Shown here: positions 8,980-17,210 of the stretch, one piece after another
How positions within the stretch are numbered: the first letter of the stretch is position 1
Layout: the number at the start of each line of letters is the position of its first letter
From: Candidatus Nealsonbacteria bacterium
Lineage (GTDB): Bacteria > Patescibacteriota > Minisyncoccia > Minisyncoccales > PWPS01
Assembly: GCA_003560095.1 (NCBI GenBank)
Contig: PWJI01000018.1
Coordinates: 1-57,477, forward strand
Direction of reading: 5' to 3'
Length of the DNA: 57,477 nucleotides
Position numbers and translations under genes: made by a program
The notes under the pieces: generated by a model
What the model saw: the letters and a program-made list of their open reading frames with translations, nothing else
What the model was told of the DNA's origin: nothing
The model's database searches: none

Positions 8980-10623
8980 ATGATTAAGAAAATTATAAAT
9001 CTCCGATCAACGACAATAACCTTCTCTGCATCTTTAATTGCATTTTCGGTGGGAGTGAGTGCAATTTTGGGGCTTCTTAGAGACCGCATTCTTATTCGTT
9101 ACGCTCATATGCACCTTGAAGGCATGATTAGTATTGATATTTATTTTGCTGCTTTCAGGATACCTGATTTTATATATGGGATATTAATAACAGGAGGCAT
9201 TGTCGCTGCTTTTTTGCCAGTCTTTTCTACTACACTTAAGGAAAAAAAAGAGAAAGGATGGGATCTTGCAAATAACACTTTTAATGTTCTTTTACTTTCT
9301 TTGATTTTTCTTTGTACTGTTCTTTTTATTTTTACTCCCTATATTATGAAATTGATTGCTCCCGGCTTTTCTACAGCAGAGCTTAGTCAGACGGTTTTTC
9401 TTACCAGATTAATGCTTCTTAGTCCCATTATTTTAGGGGTTTCCAGCCTTTTTTCCGGAATTTTGCAGTATTTTGATAGATTTTTGGCTTATTCGTTGGC
9501 CCCTATTTTTTATAACGTGGGGATTATTTTTGGAATTATCTTTTTTACTCCGCAATTTGGAATTACCGGTCTTGCTTACGGAGTCATTTTAGGTTCCTTA
9601 TTACATCTTTTTATTCAGATTCCTCCCTCTATTTCTTCCGGATTTTCTTATAAGCCGTTTTTAAACTTAAAACAAAAAGAGTTACGTAAGATTGTTTATC
9701 TAATAATTCCTCGCATTATTGGTCAGGCATCTTCAAAGATAAATATAATTGTAATTACCGCACTGGCATCTCTTTTGACTGCCGGAAGTATATCAATTTT
9801 TAATTTTGCAAATCACTTGCAATCTTTTCCTGTTCGAGTTATTGGGGTTGCTTTTGCTATAGCTGCTTTTCCGGCATTTTCAAAATCACTTGCTTCTAAA
9901 GAGCAAAATAAATTCTTAAACAGCTTTTCTTCCGTAGTAAGGCAGGTTCTTTTTCTTATAATCCCAATAAGCGTAATAGTTTTTCTTTTAAGGGCTTACA
10001 TTGTTCGTCTTGTTTTGGGTGTTGAGGGTTTTGGTTGGTGGGAAACTCAACTTACGGCGGCTTCTCTCGGAATTTTTTCCTTTTCTTTTTTTGCTGCGGC
10101 ACTGGTTCATGTTTTAGTTAGAGTTTTTTTCTCTTTCCAAGATACAAGAACGCCTGTAATTGCTTCGCTTATTTCAATGGGGTCCAATATAGCTCTTTCT
10201 TTTTTGTTTGTTTGGCTTCTTGGTTTTGATAATTTCTTTCGTTTTTTTCTGGCAGAAGCTTTAAAGATAGGGGGTATTATAGATATTAGGGTAATTGCTT
10301 TTCCTTTAGCTCTTTTAATTTCTTCCTTAATTCATCTTATTTTACTTACTTACTTTTTAAAGAAAAAAACGGGAAAATTTGAAAATATGAAAATACGTAG
10401 TTGTTTGGAAAAATCTCTTTTCGGGTCTTTTGTGATGGGTGTTGCTATTATTTTAACACTTAGAATAGCCGGAAATGTTTTTCCTCTTGATACTTTCTTT
10501 TCAGTTTTAATACAATCAATCATTGCTGTTACGATAGCATTTTTAACCTATATCGGAGTTACTAAAACATTAAAATCTCCGGAATTGGAGATTATTTACA
10601 ATTCTTTTTTTAAGAAAAAATAA
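8980..10623 (+). CDS. murJ: lipid II flippase MurJ/MviN
   Basis: Polytopic 547-aa protein with an N-terminus (LGLLRDRIL..FAAFRIPDFIYGIL..AFLPVFS) typical of MurJ. Confidence 0.85.
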   Translation: MIKKIINLRSTTITFSASLIAFSVGVSAILGLLRDRILIRYAHMHLEGMISIDIYFAAFRIPDFIYGILITGGIVAAFLPVFSTTLKEKKEKGWDLANNTFNVLLLSLIFLCTVLFIFTPYIMKLIAPGFSTAELSQTVFLTRLMLLSPIILGVSSLFSGILQYFDRFLAYSLAPIFYNVGIIFGIIFFTPQFGITGLAYGVILGSLLHLFIQIPPSISSGFSYKPFLNLKQKELRKIVYLIIPRIIGQASSKINIIVITALASLLTAGSISIFNFANHLQSFPVRVIGVAFAIAAFPAFSKSLASKEQNKFLNSFSSVVRQVLFLIIPISVIVFLLRAYIVRLVLGVEGFGWWETQLTAASLGIFSFSFFAAALVHVLVRVFFSFQDTRTPVIASLISMGSNIALSFLFVWLLGFDNFFRFFLAEALKIGGIIDIRVIAFPLALLISSLIHLILLTYFLKKKTGKFENMKIRSCLEKSLFGSFVMGVAIILTLRIAGNVFPLDTFFSVLIQSIIAVTIAFLTYIGVTKTLKSPELEIIYNSFFKKK

Positions 10624-10627
10624 AACA

Positions 10628-12415
10628 ATGAAAGTAAGAAATTTTTGCATTATCTCACACATTGATCATGGAAAATCAACTCTTGCAGATCGTTTCTTGG
10701 AAGTAACCAAAACAGTATCTCAAAAAGAAATGCAGGACCAGTATTTAGATGATATGGATCTTGAAAGAGAAAGAGGAATTACCATTAAGCTTCGTCCGGT
10801 GAGAATGGAATATAACGAGCATATATTAAACATGATTGATACTCCCGGGCATGTTGATTTTTCTTATGAGGTTTCTCGTTCTTTGGCTGCGGTAGAAGGC
10901 GCGGTTTTGCTTGTGGACGCAACAAAAGGCATTCAAGCACAAACACTTGCAAACCTCGATCTTGCAAGAGAGAGGGGAGAAGATTTTAAGATTATTCCGG
11001 TTATAAATAAAATTGATCTTGATAGTGCAATGGTGGAAGAAACAAAAGAAGAAATGATTGAGGCTCTTGGAGTTAAAGAAGATGAAATTATCAAAATATC
11101 GGGGAAAAAAGGAATTAACATAGAAGAAGTTTTGGGTGCGATTATTGAAAGAATACCTTCTCCAAAAGAAAATTCTTTGTCTTCTAAGGAAAGCGATTCT
11201 TTTCGGGCTCTTGTTTTTGACTCTGAATATAATCAATATAAAGGAGTCGTTGCTCATGTTAGGGTTATTGATGGAGAAATATCGGGTAAAGATAAAATTT
11301 ATTTTTTTGCATCCAAAACGAGCGGTGAGGCAAAAGAAATCGGGTTTTTTTCTCCAAAATGGAATCCCCAGAAAAAAATGAAAGCCGGTGACATAGGATA
11401 TATCGCGACAGGAATAAAAGAAATTGATGTAGTTAGGTCGGGAGATACTATTTGTAAAAGAGATGAGGATACCTCTCCTTTGCCGGGATACGAAGATCCA
11501 AGACCAATGGTTTTTAGTAGCTTTTATCCCAAAAATCCTGATGATTACGGTTCCTTTAAAGATGCTCTTTATGAGATAAAGCTTACCGACCCTGCGTTTA
11601 CTTTTGAGCCGGAGTTTAAAGAAGTTTTTGGAAGAGGCTTTAGATGTGGTTTTTTAGGATCTCTTCATTCGGAGATAATTTCGGAGAGACTAAGAAGAGA
11701 TTACGAGCTAAGTCTTATTATTTCTGCGCCTTCTGTTACCTTTAAAGTAGTTAAAAATAATGATAAGGAAGAAGAAATTAAGTCTGCTTCCGATTGGCCT
11801 GATGAAAGTGGGATAAAAGAAAAAAGAGAGCCTTGGGTTCGTCTTGAAATAATTACTCCCGAAGAAAGTCTTGGAAAAGTGACGGAGGTTTTAGGTGAAT
11901 TAAATGGTAAATATATTGATACCCGATATCTTTCTTTAAGCAGGGTGCTTGTTGTTTATGATGCCCCACTAAGAAAGGTCATAGTTTCTTTTCATGATAA
12001 TTTAAAGAGTGCAACAAAGGGTTATGCTTCTGCAGGTTATAAATTGCAAGGTTTTTACGAAGAAGATTTGGTAAAAATGGAGATTCTTATTGCCTATAGC
12101 GTAGATGAGGCTTTTTCAACAATAGTTTCCAAGAAAGAAGCTTATGAGGAAGGAAAAAAAACGGCTTTAAAGCTAAAAGAATCAATACCTCCTCAGCAAT
12201 TTGCGGTGGCAATTCAGGCAAGAATTGGAGGAAAAATTATTGCTCGAGAAACAATTAAGGCTCGGAGGAAGGATGTAACCGGAGACTTGTATGGAGGAGA
12301 TGTTACAAGAAAAAGAAAACTTTTAGAAAAACAAAAAAAAGGAAAAAAGAAGATGGAAAAAGAAGGAAAAGTAAATATTCCTCAAGAAACCTATTTCAAA
12401 GTTTTTCGAAAATAA
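10628..12415 (+). CDS. lepA: elongation factor 4 (LepA)
   Basis: NFCIISHIDHGKSTLADRFLE, DTPGHVDF and NKIDL motifs, plus the LepA C-terminal region. Confidence 0.95.
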   Translation: MKVRNFCIISHIDHGKSTLADRFLEVTKTVSQKEMQDQYLDDMDLERERGITIKLRPVRMEYNEHILNMIDTPGHVDFSYEVSRSLAAVEGAVLLVDATKGIQAQTLANLDLARERGEDFKIIPVINKIDLDSAMVEETKEEMIEALGVKEDEIIKISGKKGINIEEVLGAIIERIPSPKENSLSSKESDSFRALVFDSEYNQYKGVVAHVRVIDGEISGKDKIYFFASKTSGEAKEIGFFSPKWNPQKKMKAGDIGYIATGIKEIDVVRSGDTICKRDEDTSPLPGYEDPRPMVFSSFYPKNPDDYGSFKDALYEIKLTDPAFTFEPEFKEVFGRGFRCGFLGSLHSEIISERLRRDYELSLIISAPSVTFKVVKNNDKEEEIKSASDWPDESGIKEKREPWVRLEIITPEESLGKVTEVLGELNGKYIDTRYLSLSRVLVVYDAPLRKVIVSFHDNLKSATKGYASAGYKLQGFYEEDLVKMEILIAYSVDEAFSTIVSKKEAYEEGKKTALKLKESIPPQQFAVAIQARIGGKIIARETIKARRKDVTGDLYGGDVTRKRKLLEKQKKGKKKMEKEGKVNIPQETYFKVFRK

Positions 12416-12452
12416 TCTTTTATTGCAAAAAAGATTACGCTATAATAAAGAA

Positions 12453-12842
12453 ATGGCAAGAAAAAAAAAGAAAAACAAAAAAGGAATTAATTTTCTTTTG
12501 CTTGCTTTGCTTGGAGGAGCGGCTACTTTACTTATTTTTTTTAATTTAAATCTTTGGAATCAAAGAAAAATAACGAGTGCTCGTTTAACGGAGACACAAG
12601 AACAACTCGAAAATGTATCAGCGCAAAAAGAGTACTTTGATTTAGATGAAAATGAAATAGATGTAGACAAAGAGATAGAAAAAATAGCCAGAGAGCAACT
12701 TCTTTTAAAAAAAGAAGGCGAAAGAGTAATTGTTCTTTCTCGAGAAGAGGAAGAGGAAGTAATAAGAGAAGAGGAAGAAGAGAAAGAGGAAAAAGATGTT
12801 TTAGAAAAGATTATTGATTTTTTACCTTGGATAGATGAGTAA
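12453..12842 (+). CDS. FtsB/DivIC-type septum formation initiator
   Basis: Basic N-terminus, one TM and a coiled coil. IEKIAREQLLLKKEGERVIV resembles the DivIC family signature. The ATG at 12453 is preferred over the TTG at 12423. Confidence 0.6.
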   Translation: MARKKKKNKKGINFLLLALLGGAATLLIFFNLNLWNQRKITSARLTETQEQLENVSAQKEYFDLDENEIDVDKEIEKIAREQLLLKKEGERVIVLSREEEEEVIREEEEEKEEKDVLEKIIDFLPWIDE

Positions 12843-12933
12843 ACATAGATAGCTTAGAAAAGCTCCATACCGGAAACTTGATTATATTAGGTCCAAGGAA
12901 GGTAATAACGTTTTTATACGCTCTGCTGGAAAT

Positions 12934-13005
12934 GCCGACGTAGCTCAGAGGGAGAGCAACGCTTTCGTAAAGCGTAGGCCATGGGTTCGATTCCCATCGT
13001 CGGCT
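12934..13005 (+). tRNA. tRNA-Thr (anticodon CGU)
   Basis: Hand-folded cloverleaf with acceptor GCCGACG/CGTCGGC, anticodon loop TTCGTAA and T-loop TTCGATT. No encoded CCA. Confidence 0.9.
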
Positions 13006-13107
13006 CATCGGCATTTCTAGCGGGATAAATAGGTCGTGGGTTTTTACCCCATACCGTGTTGCCAAGGGCAACTTCTGGTATCGGGGCGATTCCCGCCTCC
13101 GGCTCAT
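13006..13107 (+). other. GC-rich tRNA-like remnant / three-way-junction element abutting the prfB start codon
   Basis: It ends in gcgattcccgcctccggctca, resembling the tRNA-Thr 3' end tcgattcccatcgtcggctca. Helices are 13020-13025/13091-13096, 13036-13040/13048-13052 and 13058-13063/13067-13072. No legal cloverleaf could be drawn. Confidence 0.3.
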
Positions 13108-14203
13108 ATGGAAATTAAAAAAGAAATCAGAGAATTGGAAAGCAAAATCCGCTATTTAGCGGAGTATCTTTGACATTTCTGAAAAAAAAAGGAAAATAAG
13201 GTTATTGGAAGAAGAACTTTCTAATCCCGATATTTGGGATGTTCCCAGTAAAGCTCTTGAAAAACAAAAAAAACTTTCTTTTTTGCTTAGTAAAGTTAAA
13301 GAGACAGAGGAGATTGAAAAAGAAATTGGAGAAATAAAAGAGATTTATAGTGAGGTAAAAGTAGATGCTTCCTTGGAAGAAGAAATAAAGAGTAACATTG
13401 AGAATATAAAAAAACGACTGAAAAAAGAAGGATTTAAAGTGCTTTTGTCCGGTAAATTTGATAGAAAAGATGCAATTATCGAAATATCCTCGGGAGCAGG
13501 AGGAAGGGATGCCGAAGATTTTGTTTCTATGCTTTTTAGGATGTATCGCAGATATGGAGAAAGGAAAGGATTTCAATCAAAAATGCTTTCTTGTTCTTAT
13601 GGTGAATCGGGGGGCCCCGAAGGCAGAGTTGGAATTAAAAATGTTTCTTTAGAAGTGAAAGGGGATTATGCTTTTGGGTATTTAAAAAAAGAAAGCGGAA
13701 CACATCGATTGGTAAGAAAATCGCCCTTTTCTTCGTCAAGCACAAGACACACCTCCTTTGCCCAGGTTGAAGTTTTTCCTATAATAGATAATAATGAATC
13801 GCAGATAAAAATAAATGAAGATGAGTTAAAGATAGATACCTTTAGATCTTCCGGTCCGGGAGGACAGCATGTTAATAAAAGAGAGAGTGCTATTCGTATT
13901 ACACATCTTCCAACAGGAATTGTGGTGAGTGTGCAGAGTGAGCGCCTCCAGGGAGAAAACAAAAGAGCGGCAATGAAAATATTGAGAGCGAAACTGGAAA
14001 ATATCGAAGAAAAAAAGAAAGAGCAAGAAATTGAAAAAGCAAAAGAGAAAGGGGATGGGGCAAGTTGGGGAACACAAATAAGAAATTATATTTTGCACCC
14101 CTATAAAATGGTAAAAGATTTGCGTACGCAAACTACAACGTCGAATGTAGAAAATATTTTAGATGGTGATTTAGACCTATTAAAAGATGATTTTTTTCAA
14201 TAA
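13108..14203 (+). CDS. prfB: peptide chain release factor 2, requiring a programmed +1 frameshift (join 13108..13170, 13172..14203)
   Basis: Frame 0 encodes MEIKKEIRELESKIRYLAEYL and ends at CTT TGA C. The +1 frame continues DISEKKRKIRLLEEELSNPDIWD into the listed ORF. SPF and GGQ motifs are present. Confidence 0.9.
13162..13174 (+). other. prfB +1 frameshift site GAG TAT CTT TGA C with upstream SD-like GGAG
   Basis: The TAT CTT TGA C sequence matches the E. coli prfB slippery site. GGAG lies 3 nt upstream of CTT. Confidence 0.85.
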
Positions 14204-14882
14204 CGTAACAAAAATATATCCCGCCTATCTTACAAAAAAGGAGAAGGTGGTTTTAGATGACATTTCTTTTAAGGTGGAGAAAGGTGAATTTGTTTGTATT
14301 GTTGGGAGGTCGGGAGCGGGGAAAACAACACTTTTCCAAATTCTACTGGGAGAAGAAAAGCCAACAGAAGGTGATGTTATTTTTGATGGCAAAAATATTC
14401 ACAAAGTTAAAGCAAGAGAGTCTTGCAAGTTAAGAAGAAGAATGGGTACGGTCTTTCAGGACTATAAACTTCTTACCTCCAAAACGGTTTATGAAAACAT
14501 TGCTTACGCCTTAGAAGTTAACGGTATTTCAGAAGAAGATATTGAAAAATATGTTCCCGAAGTTCTTGATACCGTTGGTCTTGTTGAGCAAGCTCTTCAT
14601 TTTCCGCATCAACTATCAGGAGGGGAAAAACAAAGGACGGCTATTGCTCGTGCCTTAATTCATAATCCGGATGTTATTTTAGCGGACGAGCCCACCGGAA
14701 ATATTGACCCTTATAGCACAAAAGAAGTTTTAGATCTTTTAACAAGCTTAAACGAGGAAGGAACTACAATCATTCTTTCAACACATGATAAGGAAGTTAT
14801 TAATAATCTAGGAAAGAGGGTGGTTACAATAAAAGATGGTAAAATTGTTAATGATTCTAAAAAAGGAAGATTTATTTTGTAG
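14187..14882 (+). CDS. ftsE: cell-division ABC ATPase FtsE
   Basis: Walker A GRSGAGKTT, signature LSGGEKQR and Walker B ILADEP. Followed by ftsX. Confidence 0.85.
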   Translation: MIFFNNVTKIYPAYLTKKEKVVLDDISFKVEKGEFVCIVGRSGAGKTTLFQILLGEEKPTEGDVIFDGKNIHKVKARESCKLRRRMGTVFQDYKLLTSKTVYENIAYALEVNGISEEDIEKYVPEVLDTVGLVEQALHFPHQLSGGEKQRTAIARALIHNPDVILADEPTGNIDPYSTKEVLDLLTSLNEEGTTIILSTHDKEVINNLGKRVVTIKDGKIVNDSKKGRFIL

Positions 14883-14898
14883 GAAATAAAAAATAAAT

Positions 14899-15831
14899 AT
14901 GAAAAAAGCAAATTTAAGAAATGTAAAAAACAGAAATATAAACTCATTAAAGAGAGCAATTCGTCTTGCATGGAAGAATTTTTATCGTGAGAGCGGTCTT
15001 TCTTTTGTTGCTGTTTTAGTTTTAACAACAGTTATTACTCTTTTTGTTACAACTTTTTTGATTGGGGGAGTTGCGGAAATATTGATTAAAGATGTTGAAA
15101 GTAAGGCTGACATAACGGTTGATTTTCAAAAAGATGCCTCGGAAGACATAATTTTTGAGTTAATGGAAGAGATTGAAGATAATTTTGAAGTGAGCTCGGT
15201 GGAATATATTTCAAGAGAAGAAGCAAAAACAAATTTTATTAAACGCTTTGGAGATCGTCCGGAGATAATGGAGGCTCTCGAAGAAGTAGATAACCCTCTT
15301 CCCGCATCTTTGAATATAAACGCACCAGACCCTTATACTTACAGACAATTGGCAAATTATTTAGAAGATGATTACGAAAGGCATGTTGATAGTGTTGATT
15401 TTTACCACCGAGAAGAGGTTATTGAGGGCATTTTTAGTATTACAGAAAATGCAAGAAAGGGCGCTTTTATTTTTGCCGGAGTCTTGGGATTTATCTCTAT
15501 TTTGCTTGTTTATAACACTATAAAGCTTGCAATTTATAATATTGGAGAAGAGGTACGTGTCATGAGACTGGTTGGCTCTTCAAATTTATTTATACGTAGT
15601 TCTTTTATCTTTCAAGGAATAATAATTGGATTTATTGCGGCAACACTTTCTTTCCTTTTGCTTTTGCTGGTAGGTTTTCTTATCCCTCAGAGCTACGATA
15701 TCACTATCGATGTTAATTTGTATCAGTATTTCATGGAAATGCTTTCCATGGTTTTATTAATACAGTTTTCGATAGGAATTGTTTTAGGTGTATTCTCGAG
15801 CTTAATTGCTACCGAAAGATATTTAAAATAG
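14899..15831 (+). CDS. ftsX: cell-division permease-like protein FtsX
   Basis: One N-terminal TM, an extracytoplasmic domain and three C-terminal TMs. Located downstream of ftsE. Confidence 0.8.
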   Translation: MKKANLRNVKNRNINSLKRAIRLAWKNFYRESGLSFVAVLVLTTVITLFVTTFLIGGVAEILIKDVESKADITVDFQKDASEDIIFELMEEIEDNFEVSSVEYISREEAKTNFIKRFGDRPEIMEALEEVDNPLPASLNINAPDPYTYRQLANYLEDDYERHVDSVDFYHREEVIEGIFSITENARKGAFIFAGVLGFISILLVYNTIKLAIYNIGEEVRVMRLVGSSNLFIRSSFIFQGIIIGFIAATLSFLLLLLVGFLIPQSYDITIDVNLYQYFMEMLSMVLLIQFSIGIVLGVFSSLIATERYLK

Positions 15832-15851
15832 TCTTCTCATAAATAAAATAT

Positions 15852-15925
15852 TCGGAGATCGTCTAATGGTAAGACGCCACGCTCTGGACGTGGAAATCGG
15901 GGTTCGAGTCCCTGTCTCCGAGCCA
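15852..15925 (+). tRNA. tRNA-Gln (anticodon CUG), CCA encoded
   Basis: Acceptor TCGGAGA/TCTCCGA with a U1-A72 pair, anticodon loop CTCTGGA, T-loop TTCGAGT and terminal GCCA. Confidence 0.9.
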
Positions 15926-16123
15926 GGTACCATACGGCACCTGGCTACGCCTAAGTAGTCAGGTAAAGTATGGGAGATGAGGGAGGTACAGAATTGTACC
16001 TCCCAAGAATAGATATCATGCATATACCCCCGCAGGGGGATGTCGTATGGCATCTCCCACAGAATAAGCACAAATAGCGCTTATTCTATTGAATTACCCC
16101 CCCTAAGGGTGGTTTTTCTTTTT
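15926..16123 (+). ncRNA. candidate unclassified structured RNA co-transcribed with tRNA-Gln
   Basis: A GC-rich island in an AT-rich genome. Helices are 15971-15979/16051-16059 (9 bp), 15981-15989/15996-16004 (9 bp), 16027-16031/16035-16039 and 16061-16069/16079-16087 (9 bp), followed by a terminator. No family recognised. Confidence 0.4.
16096..16123 (+). terminator. Rho-independent terminator
   Basis: accccccc / gggtggt stem with one mismatch, followed by tttttcttttt. Confidence 0.7.
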
Positions 16124-16143
16124 CCGGGATTTAAGCAGGAGTG

Positions 16144-16188
16144 GAGGCGTTGCTTAACCGGGGCTTTGCAACGCTCTTTTGGTGTTTT
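16144..16188 (+). terminator. second, tandem terminator-like hairpin
   Basis: ga(g)gcgttgc (16144-16153) pairs with gcaacgctc (16168-16176), followed by ttttggtgtttt. Confidence 0.5.
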
Positions 16189-16243
16189 GCAATATCCTTT
16201 AAAGAGTAATTTTATTAAGTTATTCCAACTGGAGTGGCTTTTA

Positions 16244-16738
16244 TTATTTTCTTAGATAAGAGAGTATTGTTGTTTTGTTTTTATTTATCTCTTTTTTGCT
16301 TTGTTTGTTTTTTAATCTGTAATCTAACTCCCATAACGCCGATCTGTTGCTATCGTATTTAACTTTTTTAGAAGCTTCTTTTAGATTAAGCCAAAGATAT
16401 TTATCGTGCTCCTTTCCAATTTCAATATTTTCTTGAAAAACACAAGCACCGAAAGAAAATTCCGGAACCATAATAATTTCTTTTCCCCATATTATTCCAT
16501 GAATATTTGCTGCAGGGATGGTTGTTATAGAAGACAAGGAGATAAATCCATTATCGTTTTTTATTTTTGTTTCTTCATAAAGCTCTCTTTTTGCCGTCTT
16601 TAAGGGGCTTTCTCCTTTTTCTCCTCCACCGGCAATTCCTTGCCATATACCCATATCTCTTCTTTTAAAAATTGCATAATAGAAATTATTGTTTCTTTTT
16701 ATAAAGGGGAATATGAGCACTTGGTATGGCTTTCTCAT
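16244..16738 (-). CDS. NUDIX hydrolase (NudB-like pyrophosphatase)
   Basis: Nudix box GGGEKGESPLKTAKRELYEETKI. Confidence 0.8.
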   Translation of the reverse strand: MRKPYQVLIFPFIKRNNNFYYAIFKRRDMGIWQGIAGGGEKGESPLKTAKRELYEETKIKNDNGFISLSSITTIPAANIHGIIWGKEIIMVPEFSFGACVFQENIEIGKEHDKYLWLNLKEASKKVKYDSNRSALWELDYRLKNKQSKKEINKNKTTILSYLRK

Positions 16739-16894
16739 TATATGTGTATTTTTATTTTTTTATATAACAAAATGTGTTATTATTTTCAAATAACCTTGAT
16801 AGACCTATTTCCAGCATAACACCTTTATTTTTTTATTCAATTTGTAAGCACAAGAAATTTAAAATTTCACGTAAAAAATAAATAGTAATTTTTC

Positions 16895-17137
16895 ATGAAG
16901 ATAATTGTTGATTTTTTGCTTATTTTTTGGATTCCTTTGCTTGTGGGTTTTTTGTTTTTTTTGTTGTATGTGCTTTTTTTGTGGCTTGCAGATTTTATTT
17001 ATAATAAACTGGAAACAGAAAAAGAAAAGGAAGAGAAAAATAAAATAGCTGAAAATAAGGAGAAGAAAGAGGAGAATTCCAAAAAGGATTTGGAAAAAAC
17101 AAAAGATGAAGAAAAAGAAGATGTGTCTAAAAAATAG
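16895..17137 (+). CDS. small TM protein with Lys/Glu-rich tail
   Basis: ORF with one hydrophobic N-terminal segment. No motif recognised. Confidence 0.4.
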   Translation: MKIIVDFLLIFWIPLLVGFLFFLLYVLFLWLADFIYNKLETEKEKEEKNKIAENKEKKEENSKKDLEKTKDEEKEDVSKK

Positions 17138-17210
17138 TATGAAAAGTATTGTAATTTTTATGTTATAATGATTACATCAAAAATTTATTATAAATATAAT
17201 TAAAATTAAT

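Noticed and set aside
12811-13107. ORF 12811..13107 (-), 98 aa
   Set aside because: It is antisense to tRNA-Thr and the tRNA-like element and has no coding features.
13006-13107. A second bona fide tRNA, such as tRNA-Lys(UUU) read from the loop TTTTTAC, or a long-arm/Sec tRNA
   Set aside because: No 5' strand complementary to any candidate 3' acceptor strand exists, even allowing G.U pairs. The T-loop lacks TTC (ggggcgattccc). A D-arm can only be forced. The minus strand also fails.
15975-16012. Hammerhead-like core (GAUGAG - 9-bp stem II - AAGAAU)
   Set aside because: The invariant C3-U4 positions are GA here. The post-stem-II sequence is AAGAAU rather than GAAA. No stem I/III arrangement with a cleavage-site UH could be drawn.
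16104-16123. T-box-like GGGUGGU next to a terminator
   Set aside because: The motif is the 3' arm of the terminator itself rather than an upstream antiterminator. No Stem I specifier features are present. No same-strand gene lies downstream.
15926-16190. SRP RNA, 6S RNA or tmRNA identity for the tRNA-Gln-adjacent structured region
   Set aside because: There is no GGAA/GNRA-AGCA helix-8 motif. There is no single long rod with a central bubble. There is no tRNA-like domain (GGGG 5' end, TTCGA T-loop, CCA end) or tag ORF.
15823-16255. ORF-track entries 15823..16071 (-) and 16040..16255 (+)
   Set aside because: They run through tRNA-Gln and the stem-loop/terminator region. They have no start context and their reading frames are made of hairpin arms. 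I treated them as non-coding.
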